Shown: positions 13,147 through 27,548 of the stretch, piece after piece
Position numbering within the stretch: the first letter of the stretch is position 1
Layout: each line of letters starts with the position of its first letter
NCBI RefSeq assembly: GCF_006345805.1
Contig: NC_043015.1
Span: forward strand, 23,436,001 to 23,500,000
DNA length: 64,000 nt
Source: Octopus sinensis
Lineage: Eukaryota
Reading direction: 5' to 3'
Made by a program: the position numbers and the translations under genes
The notes under the pieces: model-generated
Told to the model about the DNA's origin: nothing
The model's input: the letters and a program-made list of their open reading frames with translations, nothing else
Databases searched by the model: none

Positions 13147-14659
13147 AAGCACATACTCTTGAATGAAGATAATGCAATAGAAGAGTTTCTGATAAATACA
13201 TAGAAGAAACTAGGTCAGAAATTTGAGTGTAATTCTATGAATTATACATTCCATAACATACTTCATATTGCTTATTTTAAGAGGTGAAATATTTTAAAGG
13301 TGTTTCACACATTTCTCATCTGCTGCTAACATGAAAATTGGTGAAAAAAGTAAATATTACAAATTGCTAAAAACTGTCTTATAACGGAAAATTCAAAGCA
13401 ATTATCTAGTGTCGGAATTATTTAAGAGAATTTCAAAGTGGTGTTACAAAATATTTTTATATGGTTAAAAATACAGGGAAAATCAGAATATGACGAGATA
13501 AACGTCTCAAAGAAGCCGTATATCCGGTAAAATATCGTTTTATGAAAGATATCGTTTCTTGGGGCAAGGTATCAAACTTAAGCATAAATTCAGCAGACAA
13601 TATTTATATGTATGTACATGTATACATACATACATACATACATACATACATACATACATACATACATACATACATACATACAAATGTGCATGCATGCATA
13701 CATACAAAAAAAAACAGTTCATGCTACTGGTAAAACATTAATAAATAATGAACTTCAATACTACATGCAAGTCATTTTGCTTCAAATAATTTCTAGATCA
13801 CATCCGGGCTATGGTTCCTTAAATATTGCTTTTAAATTCTGGCACAAGGCCAGCAATTTCCGGTGCTCAATTGGTACTCATTTTACTGAACCCCAAATCA
13901 TAAATGGTGGAATTTGAACACAGAAAGAAAGACCGACGAAGTGCTGCGAAGCATAAGCATTTTGTATGGTGGGCTCGGGATTCTCCCAACTCGACGCCTT
14001 AGGATCACGAAATATCGAATAATTTTCTTCGATTTATAAATTATTGAATTCAACAATGACAACAAATCCTAGTGAACGGTAAACCTTTTGCGTAATTAGA
14101 ATCCTACCATTTAGTTGACTAGTTACCTTTGTGTAGCACATCAGTATATGCTCTGTAGAAAATGTTGCCATATATCATCTACTTTCACTAGGTCGAGTCA
14201 GATGTAGATTTAAAGTGGATGTTGTCTATTATTAGATTCGCGTGTAACACTGATGAGGTAAAAACTCATTGTCTCACGTTGCTTCTTATACACAACCACC
14301 CTGTACATTATATGTGTGCGTGTCAACCTCAGCACCGCCAGATGCACCTGAACCAGTTGTCGAGTGTGCCACCCATTGTGCCACCAGTTGTCGAGTGTAC
14401 CACCCATTAGGAATCAATGCTAGATGTGTCGAAACAATTGTCGCGATTAATAATGAATTTACACATATTCCACCTTCTGTCTTTCATTTACTATATACAT
14501 AAAGATCGCTGTGAAAGTGAATGTGCTTTACCAGTAAGCCACCAGGTGTCAGCCAATTGTGTTATTACACTCACACACACACACACGCACGCACATATAT
14601 ATATATAGATAGATACATACATACACTCACCTATATACATATATACATATATATACATA

Positions 14660-14774
<115 letters not shown>

Positions 14775-15439
14775 GGGTGTGCTTGTGTGTGTGTGTGTGT
14801 GTGTATGTATATATATACAAATGCATGCAGTCCGGTATTTCCAACTACGATCGATCCAAAGTATAAAGACGTATAAAGACATTAACACGATAAATAATAC
14901 TGATGAAAAAAATATTGAATAGGCTTTCATAAAAATAGTACAATGAACGAAATAAAATTATTGATTATTTAGAGTAATATTTTCATCAAAACTCCTTATC
15001 AGAGTTATTGACCTGGAAATGATCAAAATTACAAAAGTTAATAACTAAACCGTAATATCATTGATGATTATCTATTTCAGTTTTCCTTGTGATATCTTTG
15101 TGACATGATCCAATAAGAACTTGATTAAGAATGCGAGTATATAAGTGTATTTTAATTATGAATGCCTTATAATGGTTGATGCTTTGTACGGTATTTCATT
15201 CTTTTAAGAATGTCCCGCATGATATAACGTTATTTTTAAGGCTTTGTACGTAGAGTAGAAATAATAATAATAATAATAATAATGATGATGATGATGATGA
15301 TAATGATGATAATAATAATAATAATAATAATAACAATAATAATAATAATAATAATAGTTATAATAATAATAGTAATAATAATAATGATCATAATAATAAT
15401 AGTAATGATAATAATAATATAATAATAATAATAATAATA

Positions 15440-15477
<38 letters not shown>

Positions 15478-15564
15478 AATAATGATGATAAGAAGAAGAA
15501 GAAGATAAAGAAAAGATGAAAAAGAAGAAGAAGAAGAAGAAAAACAAGAAGAATGAGGAAGAAA

Positions 15565-15860
15565 GAAATGTCGATAGATATGACAAGTTAGCTTGTGAGG
15601 TTAAGCATTTGTGGTCGATGAAAAGGTGGTAGTGGTACCAATAAATGCCGGAGCCCTGGGAACAGTGAGTAAAAATCCCGAGAAATATATGAAATAAAGG
15701 CTGCAATAAGGATGGAGCACTTGCAGAAAACAGCACTACTTGGAACCGCTCGAAAACTCTGGAAGGTGCTCGAAAAATAAGATGTGTTACCTTAGTTCAC
15801 TGATAGTGAACAGCTGACACTGTAGTACATCTCCAGCGTTAGAAGCTGTGCAAAAGCAAT
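15565..15860 (+). mobile_element. 3' fragment of an R4/Dong-like non-LTR element (family shared with 49140-49560)
   Basis: Degenerate REL C-terminus ...GALGTV...EHLQKTALLGTAR...KVLEK plus 3'UTR. Embedded in (TAA)n. Confidence 0.65.
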
Positions 15861-15876
15861 AATAATAATATAAATG

Positions 15877-15911
<35 letters not shown>

Positions 15912-15960
15912 GATAATGATGATAATGATGATGATAATGATAATAATAATGATAATAATA

Positions 15961-16004
<44 letters not shown>

Positions 16005-16011
<7 letters not shown>

Positions 16012-16218
16012 TTCAGACAAATACAAAACAAAAACACCAGGACTTACAAACACATATAACATACAGAGAATTGCACTACTAGGCACTGCACACATCCTAC
16101 GCAGAACACTTTCCATACAATAACCATCAGAGCATCACAACAAATCACAGCACATACCCAAGGCACACAGAGCTGCGCTCGGTAGGGAAGTGAAAGCACG
16201 CTACAAAAAATAAAACTA

Positions 16219-16222
<4 letters not shown>
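16005..16222 (+). mobile_element. 3' fragment of an R4/Dong-like element (family shared with 29751-30955)
   Basis: KYSDKY.TKTPGLTNTYNIQ.IALLGTAHILRRTLSIQ plus 3'UTR, near-identical to the reverse complement of 29751-29960. Flanked by (TAA)n. Confidence 0.75.
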
Positions 16223-16300
<78 letters not shown>

Positions 16301-16890
16301 GAAAAATATGTCAGAGGAATCGGAATTGACATGAGAGTAGAGAAGGCCCCAAAGCTGTTCTGCTGGGGACTGCTAGGATTCTGAGATTGGTACTTGGGTG
16401 TTGAATGTTTTCCACGATAATGAACATCCAATTATTAATACTTATAATTTGCAGAAAGAGACCCTGTGAGACTTCTCAACAGGCTGCTGTCTGTTGTCAC
16501 AGAATCAACCAGAGCAAACAAGACCGAGCGCTCTGGGAAGTAATACAACTACGACGACGACGATGACAATGACAAGAAACAACAACAACAACAACAACAA
16601 TAATGTACAAATGGAAAGAAAATGTCTAGTAGAGTATTTCCAGGGCAGCACACAAAAAATACTAAAGGCAGTTAAGAAAGAGGTGATGCAAATTTAGATT
16701 CATATTTGGCACAAGGCCAGTAATTTCGGGTGTGGGGGTAAATCGACCCCAGCGCTCAACTGTTACTTATTTAAATTCGACCTGGCTGAAGTTTGAACTC
16801 AGAATATCTCGACGGACGAAATACCACTGAGAATTTCGTCAAGCGCGCTAACGATTCTACGAGCATGTTGACTAAATGATAATGATGATA

Positions 16891-16952
<62 letters not shown>

Positions 16953-17004
16953 GATGAGGATAATGATAGCAATGATGATAAACATGATAATGATAATAAT
17001 AATA

Positions 17005-17051
<47 letters not shown>

Positions 17052-17645
17052 TAATAGAAAAATATGTCAGAGGAATCGGAATTGACATGAGAGTAGAGAA
17101 GGCCCCAAAGCTGTTCTGCTGGGGACTGCTAGGATTCTGAGATTGGTACTTGGGTGTTGAATGTTTTCCACGATAATGAACATCCAATTATTAATACTTA
17201 TAATTTGCAGAAAGAGACCCTGTGAGACTTCTCAACAGGCTGCTGTCTGTTGTCACAGAATCAACCAGAGCAAACAAGACCGAGCGCTCTGGAAGTAATA
17301 CAACTACGACGACGACGATGACAATGACAAGAAACAACAACAACAACAACAACAATAATGTACAAATGGAAAGAAAATGTCTAGTAGAGTATTTCCAGGG
17401 CAGCACACAAAAAATACTAAAGGCAGTTAAGAAAGAGGTGATGCAAATTTAGATTCATATTTGGCACAAGGCCAGTAATTTCGGGTTTTGGGGTAAATCG
17501 ACCCCAGCGCTCAACTGTTACTTATTTAAATTCGACCTGGCTGAAGTTTGAACTCAGAATATCTCGACGGACGAAATACCACTGAGAATTTCGTCAAGCG
17601 CGCTAACGATTCTACGAGCATGTTGACTAAATGATAATGATGATA

Positions 17646-17707
<62 letters not shown>

Positions 17708-17747
17708 GATGAGGATAATGATAGCAATGATGATAAACATGATAATG

Positions 17748-17795
<48 letters not shown>

Positions 17796-17808
17796 TAATA
17801 ATAATAAC
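16301..17808. repeat. ~756-bp tandem duplication (2 copies)
   Basis: 16301-17056 and 17057-~17808 are nearly identical, including the compound microsatellite. ORF-track peptides recur at a 755-756 offset. Confidence 0.9.
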
Positions 17809-19533
17809 ATAGTAATTATAGAGGCACGATATCAAACATGTATGGTTATGGAGATACTCAAGACTTTCTTCATAACTGACTCCTACTTTTGTTATCTCCA
17901 AGTTATCCTGGGTGAGTTTCGAACGTTTGACATAAACTGGCGAAAGTAAATCATGTTATTTTAACCAGTGCTTTATGATTCTAGCCTTATATGTAATAGT
18001 AACAAAAAATATTTCTGATATTGACATAAGGCCACTAATTTTGTGGTGAGTGGGGATATTCGAATTTGAGCTCGGTGTCATTTAAATACAGATGGTAGAA
18101 AACTGAGCAACTTGCAGATGATAGTGGATATTTTTATTCCCGAAGCCATATCGATATTACCGTTTCACCGCAATAATAGTAACAATTATTTTCTATATAA
18201 CGAAGAGGCCAGCAAATATCTATATAAAGGGGTAGAGGTGGCTTGTGGACTGCCTTAAATCAAGGATACATTATTTTCTCAACTCGCAAATCACGAATGA
18301 TAACATGATCCTCGGAGAGTTTGTAACTCAGTTTCTTAAGAAATACAATTAAGTATATAAATGGAAATTTTCTCCCCGGAACTGCTTTTCGTTGACAAAA
18401 ACATGATGACTCAATCTATCGTCCAGATCGACACGATATCTTGAATCTCATTGTGTTGTAGACATTCGGAGTAGCTTTCCGGTTTAAGAAAAATTTCTCC
18501 CTTTCTCCTACTAGAGACGAAGGCCATGAAATTTGTCTTAGGGTCCTTGTTCATTTTCTCAGGTTGATGGAAATCAGTATCTGCAACTACATCCCCAGGT
18601 AACTTTTATTTCAGAATCTTTTATCGCTTCATCCTTTAATGATCTTCATATACAAAATATTTCAGAGGCGTCATTTTCGTGACATATTCTCCTCTGAATC
18701 AGCGATACGAAAATTAAGAAGAAAAACCAAAAACGTCCAGACATTCGGAATTTACATATTAGCGACGAATGCTTTTTTTAAATTGATAGAAATTCACAAT
18801 TTAAATTTCACAGAAGCACGCTAAAGAGACACTCTGTGTGGTCTTTCGACCTGCTACTACTTCCTAGCAGATATGTTAGAGTCAGGTATATTGCTTTGCA
18901 GGGTTTGTTTAACTCTTTACATTCGTCTCTCGAATCTTGTTCAAGACATCTATGCCTTTCAACTTTACGTGTTATATTTTCTAAAATACGATATTAAACA
19001 AGTCGATAATATCAGCTAAAACCTAGCGGTAAAAGTTGCTGCCATTCTGCTGCAATGCGTTCAAAGACTTGCATACATTAAATAGATGTATTTAAAAGAA
19101 TTGCATACATTAAGTGAAGTCTTTAAAAGAAAAACAGTTCTTTTTCAAAATCAGGCCATGGTTGTATTTGGAATAATCGTGATGTGCCAAAACAGAGGGA
19201 ACCCAAGGCTAAATATCAACAAATAAATAACTGCAGAATAAAGAAAGAAATAACAAGAATCTATGAAGTCTGATGTGATATTATTCATTATCTGATATCA
19301 TCTGAAACTTTCGTTATCTGATATCATATTCACACACTACGATGACCAACCCTAAGTCATGAATATTTCATAGGGAGTTCGAAAGAGCCAACAGGAGATA
19401 TTTACAAGTATATCAATATTTATGGAAGATAACATTCTGATATTATTTTAGACAAGACCTAAATGAATATTTTATGGAAAATTAGTTTATTAACATTCTC
19501 TGTAATGTATTATGTATTATTTATTGCTCACGC

Positions 19534-19577
<44 letters not shown>

Positions 19578-19700
19578 TATATATATATGCTTGTGTGTGT
19601 GTCTGTGTGTCTGTGTGTGTATTTATATATACATACTTCACATATATGCATCCATATATATTTACAATATATACATAGAGATACATAATTTATATATATA

Positions 19701-19772
<72 letters not shown>

Positions 19773-22469
19773 TACATATATGCATATGTGTATTTGTGTG
19801 TGCGTGTGTGTATGTGCGTGTCTATGTGTGTGTGTCTCGCTGCATAATCAATATTGAAAATCTTTACAGATATATTGTGTAGTTTTTTAATGTAACCTCC
19901 TTGAACAACCCTGAGCAAGACTGAATCAGTCCAATCTCGAACATCTTTCTCCCAGTTGTAAGATGAATATATTCTCTTTAAGTCTCATTCACTTAAGAAA
20001 TATCTTCCATCGAAAACTAAATATAGAATGTGTTATATAGAATAAATAATTTCCCATTACTATTCTGTATGGTGTCATACATATTTTCTCTCAGCCAATT
20101 TTTATAGTAACAAAGGTCTTGTTAGCTTAATAAGGCTTGATAACGAAACGTCTAAACATAAACTATTTCTTTTAAAGATGAATAGTTTTTGCTATACTAT
20201 CAGACAAACAAAACAAAAATTACAAAGATAGTCATATAAAGATGAAATAGTAAAAACAGTAATAAATATATTATTAAAAGCAAATATAAGATTGAGTAGG
20301 ATGTCATAAATTTGCTATTTACGAAACTCGAATACTATTTCTGAATTCATCCTAATAAAGCGTTTGAATTTGGAAGTCTAAACTTGCTCACTATTGGTCA
20401 ACGTAAGACAATAGATCATTAAAACAGCCAGAAATATTTTTAGAAATGTTGTTTAGTTTTCTTGTTTGGTCAATCGATACGTCATATTTGAACACCTTAT
20501 AGATTTTTTGATATACGTTTTAGACTTATAAAAAATTAAAAAAAATTACCGAGTCTGCTGTTTTTAGGATACATACATATGTATATATGTGTGCCTGTGT
20601 GTATGTACGTGTGTGCATATATGTGTACAATATTGCATTATTTTCGCTGAAAAATGTGGAATTGCTAAAAACAATAGATCGTTGCGATAAAATGTCATCT
20701 GCTCTATAGTTTCATCTGTCTAATATTTGAAAGAGTACCTTCCTAATGTGTTTACCTTTCAATATCTTCATGGCGAGATATATAACAGTAACAAACCGCA
20801 GCAATACAGTATATCGTATGGTGATTAAATATAATTTAAATTGAACGATAAAGGTTACACCATAGTAACTCGGTGTTATTGTGACATCATCTACCCTTTA
20901 GTTTAAACAAATTGTATCTAAATTGTAAACTTTGTTTCAACCGTTTTATGCGAAAGTCTGATACATCCGCTCAGACTTACATTACCATTAATACAGACTG
21001 GTTTTATGCAGCAGGCTATGTTTTGTTAGGTATACTATGTTATGACATGTTCTACCTCTCCTCCTTTTATCATGTTGTTAAGATTATTTCTACGGATATT
21101 CTAAAGAAATTATAGCCAGCATTAATTTTGCTACAACCTCGTACGTGTACAAACATTGAGATCGAAGACGAAAATGGGTAATACAATGAGACATATATCG
21201 TGGGGTATTTGCCCCCTCATCTGCACCCATCTCGCCTCCAATCTCATTGCTTCTTATAGCAACCGCCTACAGCGGTGTGAAGATATTAGATATACCAGTT
21301 TAGATATTAAGCACATTCATGTGGCTGGTTTGCATAACGAAATACCACGTACCTACAAATCATTGATATTTACGTACCAGTTCATATTTACAGAAAACAA
21401 AAGACGAATACAGGTGAACGAATGGCTAGCAAGTGTATTCGTTTGAGGTTCCGGAAGAATGGAAAACTCTTTGACCTTTCAAGTCTACGCTCTTCGATAG
21501 TGGAAAAAATGGAGAGCGAACAAAAATGCCGGTTTGAGAAAAGAATGTGTTGGGATTAACTGTTTGTATATATATATATATATATATGTACATATACGGT
21601 GGAGCTTATCAACAATGACATGATCTCTCAGTATTTCATCTTGATAATAATAATCATTAAATAATTTGTCTTACTTAATCTTAATTTACAGTTTCATTTG
21701 GAACGAAAACTAGTATTCAAACAACCTATAACCAGACTATGAATTACCCGTTGGATTTTAAACGACGCGGAACCTCTTTCATTTTATAGCTGAATTTGTT
21801 TCGAAATGTTTTTCGTTACCACGTTTTCTTGTTTCTTCATTACGTTAATAGGCATAAAAAGCAACATATTCTTAAATATGTATGTACCAACATATAAATC
21901 AACATTTAAATGAATTTCCGCTAACCAATATAATTCCTGTTAGTCCTAATGCTATGCAGTTAAATATTGCACCAAATATTAGATCTTAGAAAAGAGCATT
22001 CCTAGTTGTTTGTAGACATCTGTGAAGGCGATATGTTTTTATTTTGGCGAGTAAACTATATTATTTTCTTTGAGAAATGCTTCCCGAACTTAGAATTGTT
22101 AAGAACGTTTTCAAAACTTTTAATACATAATTTATTGAACTTCATGTCACCTCAAACTTTTATAGAATCGATGGTTAGTCAGAATGAAAGATTCATTGAA
22201 TTTAAGGGGTAACTAATTTTCAAATTGTTGGGTAGATTATACTATAAAATATCTCTTAATCACTTTCTGCGAAAGCGTAGCTTAGATCGCCAGCGCTTAA
22301 TTTTTTAGCCTAGTTCTTATTCTACTGATAAATTTAACCACTAAGTTACGGGGTGGCGACCAAAACAAAACCGCTGTTGAAGCAGTGGGGGACGAACATT
22401 CACACAGAAAAGCACCCACACACAGACACATATTAATATATATACGACTGGTTTCTTTCAGGTTTTTTT

Positions 22470-22612
22470 TTTCTACCAAGTCAACTGAGAAGTCAATGGG
22501 CTGCCCTAGGCTACAGTAGAAGATACTTGCCGAAGTTGCCATGTAGTGGGACAGCACCTAGGATCGTGCGATTGGGAAGCAAACGTCTTACCGCATAGCT
22601 ACGCCTGCGCCT
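22470..22612 (-). mobile_element. tRNA-derived SINE
   Basis: Reverse complement begins TAGGCGCAGGCGTAGCTATGCGGTAAGACGTTTGCTTCCC, homologous to the SINE head at 51438-51474. Confidence 0.55.
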
Positions 22613-23879
22613 ATATACATAAACTAAAAGAGTACTCCAATTTTCAAATTCATCTAAAGAATAGGAAGGAGTAATTCGTAATAACGATATGTAGGGTCTG
22701 AATCTTAAATTCCATCTTTCCTATAGAGTACGCTATTTTCTTCCCATTTTTGATACTACCGTAAAAACCTTCTGATCATAGTAGATTGTTAGTTGAAATA
22801 TTTGATAAAATATCTCCGTTCCAACAAAAAATTACTTCTGTTGTCGATGGGATTCATGAAAATATAATTTTTGTAAATAAAGGAAATTATTTTCAATATC
22901 GACAGAATTTTCGAAATATCAAGATCAAACAGTTGTAATGCCTATCTAAATGTATATATATACGTATGAAAGAATGTGCATATAAACATGTATATATGTG
23001 CATATACTTTGATACTTACTTTGATACTTTGATAGGTTTCGGCCATGTCTAACTTAATAGCACCACCTGGTGATAGCACCACCTGGTATGTGAGTATATA
23101 TGTATAGACATAAATTATTGTCTATGTATGCTTGTGTGGATGTATGGAATTACTTGAGTGTCTAAAAGACAAGAGTCGAAATACTTCCATTGGTTCACAA
23201 ATATATGAGTGAGTCGATATGTGCACATATGAACATACGTCGCAGTCAGTGCAAGTATACTTCTGATATGTATACCTGTATAATTAGTAAAGTCTGTACA
23301 TAATTGCTCTTTATATACATGTGAATGTGTACGTGCGTGATCCTTATATCATTGGGGATTTGTTCTTTTTTATTGCAGGAAATTCATATATATATATATA
23401 CATCGGTGAATTAGTCAGAAAATAATCAATTAATCAATTTAGGGTAGTAAAAAATTCGATAGAAATTTATCACTACCAGCGGCCCAGTGGAAAAGAAAAA
23501 TAGTCATGAGACTAAAATGTAAATATATAACAATTTAGGAATGGCCTTAACAGGCCATTCGTCCACTAGACAGAGCAGCCATAACTCCAACCGCCAAGTA
23601 ATATAATTCGGAAATAGGTGAAAAATTAAAAACATTTACCCTAATTCATCTGTTAGACGATGCATCGTTTCTGCGTTTTTAATGATAGACCAGCTTAATT
23701 AAATTAAATAAGGCTAATCTACCATAGGTCACGCTTCGTCAGTAAAGAAACCTTTGGTAGAGGCAAATATACACGAGGCTACTGCATCGAAGCCTCCGGA
23801 ATATCTGTCTTAAAATTTTCGAAGACCAGCGCAATCGCGATACATCGGTGTATATTTACATGTATGTACACAGATACAG

Positions 23880-23936
<57 letters not shown>

Positions 23937-24175
23937 TACACACCCACACATACATATAACGAAAATAAAGAGAAATGTGAATAATATGGAAATATTCTTT
24001 TAACTGTTCTCCCGCTCATCAGAAAAATACATCGCATAATTTTAATGCCCCATCCCCCTCCACAAAAAAACTATAAGCCCCTCTCTTCTATTTCTGAGCA
24101 AACTCTTCTCTCTACCTCTCATTTTGAAAGTAGCCGCAGGTGGCAGCACCAACAATCGCCAGTCAAATTTCCCAC

Positions 24176-24263
<88 letters not shown>

Positions 24264-24272
24264 TGTGAATGT

Positions 24273-24320
<48 letters not shown>

Positions 24321-24513
24321 GTAAACGTTAAAAAAAACACAAACTGGGACAAGAACGCGAAACATTCTGAAGACGACAAAAAAAACACACAGACAGGACT
24401 TTCGAAGCTCTCAGTCATCAGTCAAGAACCAGATCATCTTCGCAATCTCGGCCGATTAATCCCGAGATTGCTCCAATCTGGGCAGCCCGCCAAGGGAAAT
24501 CTAAGCCAATATA

Positions 24514-24680
24514 TATATAATATTAATTAGAGACAAAGCCACTATTTTGCAAATCAAACAAGGAAAGACTTAATCAATACATAAAAAATGTTAATATATT
24601 AAAAATTTTTTATGTATTGATTAAGTCTTTCCTTGTTTGATTTGCAAAATAGTGGTTTTGTCTCTAATTAATATTATATA
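24514..24680. repeat. 76-bp-arm near-perfect inverted repeat (hairpin)
   Basis: 24514-24589 versus 24605-24680, one mismatch, 15-nt spacer. Confidence 0.9.
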
Positions 24681-24800
24681 ATATTTTACTATAAAATCCT
24701 AATTCTGATTTTTCCCTGTAAATTTGGATTTATTCCCTAATATTTATTATATATATATATATATATATGTAGTATGTTTATATATGTATGTATATATATG

Positions 24801-24834
<34 letters not shown>

Positions 24835-24893
24835 ATATATATGTATATATATATATATATATTATATATATATATTATATATATTATATATAT

Positions 24894-24955
<62 letters not shown>

Positions 24956-25199
24956 GTAGAAATATGTTACGAAAAGAAAATATAAAATACACGGGAAATG
25001 TAAGATTAAAATATGAAAAATCAACGAAAATGCATATTGCAAATAGAAAAAGGCTATTTATGACAGGTAACGACAAATATATACATTTAGATTGACTGAG
25101 GTAGTAATACGAGTCATAAAAGTCATTATTATGAGATGATTATAAGATGATAATAAAGTAAGAGAACAAAACGAACCAATGGTTTACGCAAAACTATTC

Positions 25200-27505
25200 A
25201 TCGTTTGAACAACACCGGTTAATATACGGTGTGAGGTCTAGTAGTTCCTGAGAAAAAAGATTATTTGTAAGGGAGGTAAGTAGTTCTGGATTTAGAGATG
25301 TGAGTGGTGTAGGAAGTGTATAGGGTTTAGTGGTTTCAATTGAAGAGTTAGTGGTGTTCTGTATTGAGTTGTGTGTTCATATTTAGTTGGGGGAGAAATT
25401 TGTTGATGAAAAAATGCCTCTTTATTCAACCTTTGTTGCATTGTCGTGTTCTGTGAGAATTGGTAAAAGGGAAATATTTGGAAATTGGGATTAAGATTCC
25501 TGGCACATCTTTCTATGTGTTGACTCACCTTTAACTGTCTGTATTGTGGGTGACGGATTTGCTCTTTGTGAATGGTGATTCTTTGACGGAGCGAAATTCC
25601 TGTTTGTTCAATATAGAGTTTACCACATCCTATGCATGTCATGACATAGATTACATTTGCTGAGGCGCAGGTGAAATTTTATTTGATCTTAAATATTTCT
25701 CCTTGTTTGAATTGGAATTCTGAACCCTCCAGAAGGTGGGGGCATGTTCCACAGTTAGAACGTCCACATTTTGTCACTTTTGGCTCAGTTGTTAGTGGGT
25801 AAAGTCTAGCGCTGGTTAATATTCTTTTCAGTGACTTCGGTTGCTTTTTGCTTTTTATAATTTTATATGAGCTTAAAATTTCGTTCATTGTTTTGTCTGC
25901 TGTGAGGATGGGAAGGTTTTGGGTGATGATTTTGAAGGCTTCGTTGTTTCTGGGGTTATGTGTGAAGATGTATGGGAGTATTTTTAAGTCTTGTTTAGTA
26001 TTTCGGCTAGTTTTCCTTAATCTTTTTATATCTATTTCCTTAGCTCTTTTGATGCCTTCATTTACTAATGAGATTGGGTAATGTCTTTTAGTTAGTGGAG
26101 ATCTAAGTTCAAGGAGTCTATGTTCTCGAGTGTATGTATCGGAAATTATGATGCAGATTCTTTTTGCTAGGTTAAAGGGTATGTTGAATTTTATGTTTTT
26201 GGGGTGGCAGGAGTTAAATAATAGTTATTGTTTAGAATCTGTGGGTTTATAAAAGATGTCTGTTTCTATGTGGTTGTTAACTATTCTAATTAATATGTCT
26301 AGAAAGGGAGTTGTTTACTGTTGTGTTCCATAGTGAATTGTATATTGCTGTGTATGTTGTTGAGCATTCTTTTGAAATCAACGAGTTGATCCATGCTATC
26401 TTGCCAAAGTATGAAGCAATCATATAAATATCTCTTCCTGCTCTCCTTTAAGTACCAATTGAAAGAGGCGCCATATTTTTCTAGTGATGATTGGTATAAC
26501 TTAAGTTCGTGGTAACCCATTACGAGGTTTGCAATCACTGGAGCAGCTCTGGTCCCCATTGCAATTCCGCATTTCTGTCGATAGTAAGTAGTATCGAACA
26601 CGAAATGATTGTTCAACAGGACGAATTTCAGTGCTTCAATTATAAAATTGTGGTTAATTCGTTCTGGGATCTCTTCTGGGTATTTTTCTAGCCAAAATGT
26701 GATTGCTTCTATACCGGAGTCGTATGGGATATTAGCGTATAGATTCACCACATCGAAAGATACCAGTAGAGTTCCGTCCTATACTGTCTTCGGGAGGTGG
26801 TTCAGCATGTTTAGGTCATCCCTGATATAGCTTTTCACATATCTTAAAAGAGGTTTGAGTAATAAGTCGAGGAAGTTACTCAAACGGTGGGTTTCGCAAG
26901 AAGGGCCAGCTATGATGGGTCTGAGTTTGAGGTCAGTAGGGGGCGGGACATTAATGCATAGGCTTGTAGAGACTTTGCAGGCTTCACAAATTAGTGGATT
27001 TTTATGTATTTTGGGTAATCTGTAGAATAGACTAGGGCTGTATTTGAAATAGTCAATTTCATGTGTTGTAAGACCCTTTCCATGAATTTGGAGTAAGGAG
27101 GATAAGTTTTTCAGTGTTTTCTGTGGGTTGTAATATGTTAGATTTTCATAGTAAGTATTATTTTCCAACATGGGAAGTATAAAGTTTTTGTAGTACTTTG
27201 TATCCATCAATACTACCGCACTTCCTTTGTTGGCTTCTTTAATAGTTAGGTTTATGTCATTTTTTAGCTCGACAAGGTCTTTCCATTCTTTTAAATTAAG
27301 GTTGGATTTGATATGTTGTTTTGGAATTGCATTGTAAGGAAAACAAGTTATGTAATCACAGAAAACATCAAGTGCTTTATTTGTACCTTTTGTAGGATGG
27401 TACTCACTTTTGTTTTTCACTATTGAATCATCTTCACTGGTGTAGTTGTAAAGAGCTTCTGTGAGGTGTAATTTTCGGCATAAGTCCAAATTATTGTCCT
27501 TAAAG
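25200..27505 (-). mobile_element. Degenerate, 5'-truncated Penelope-like retroelement (RT plus GIY-YIG)
   Basis: RT motifs FYRLPKIHK...LRPII, DVVNLYANIP, GIAMGTRAAP and degenerate RYLYDCF; a CGRSNCGTC linker; GIY-YIG motif YVMTC.GCGKLYIEQTG..LRQR..HK. Split by stops and frameshifts. Confidence 0.9.
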
Positions 27506-27511
27506 TGTGTG

Positions 27512-27548
<37 letters not shown>

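Noticed and set aside
17900-23800. Possible host exons in unique AT-rich sequence
   Set aside because: No ORF with recognisable protein features or convincing paired splice sites; small exons cannot be excluded without RNA data.
24390-24425. Minus-strand CTGATGA...CGAAA hammerhead-like string
   Set aside because: Stems II and III do not pair convincingly.
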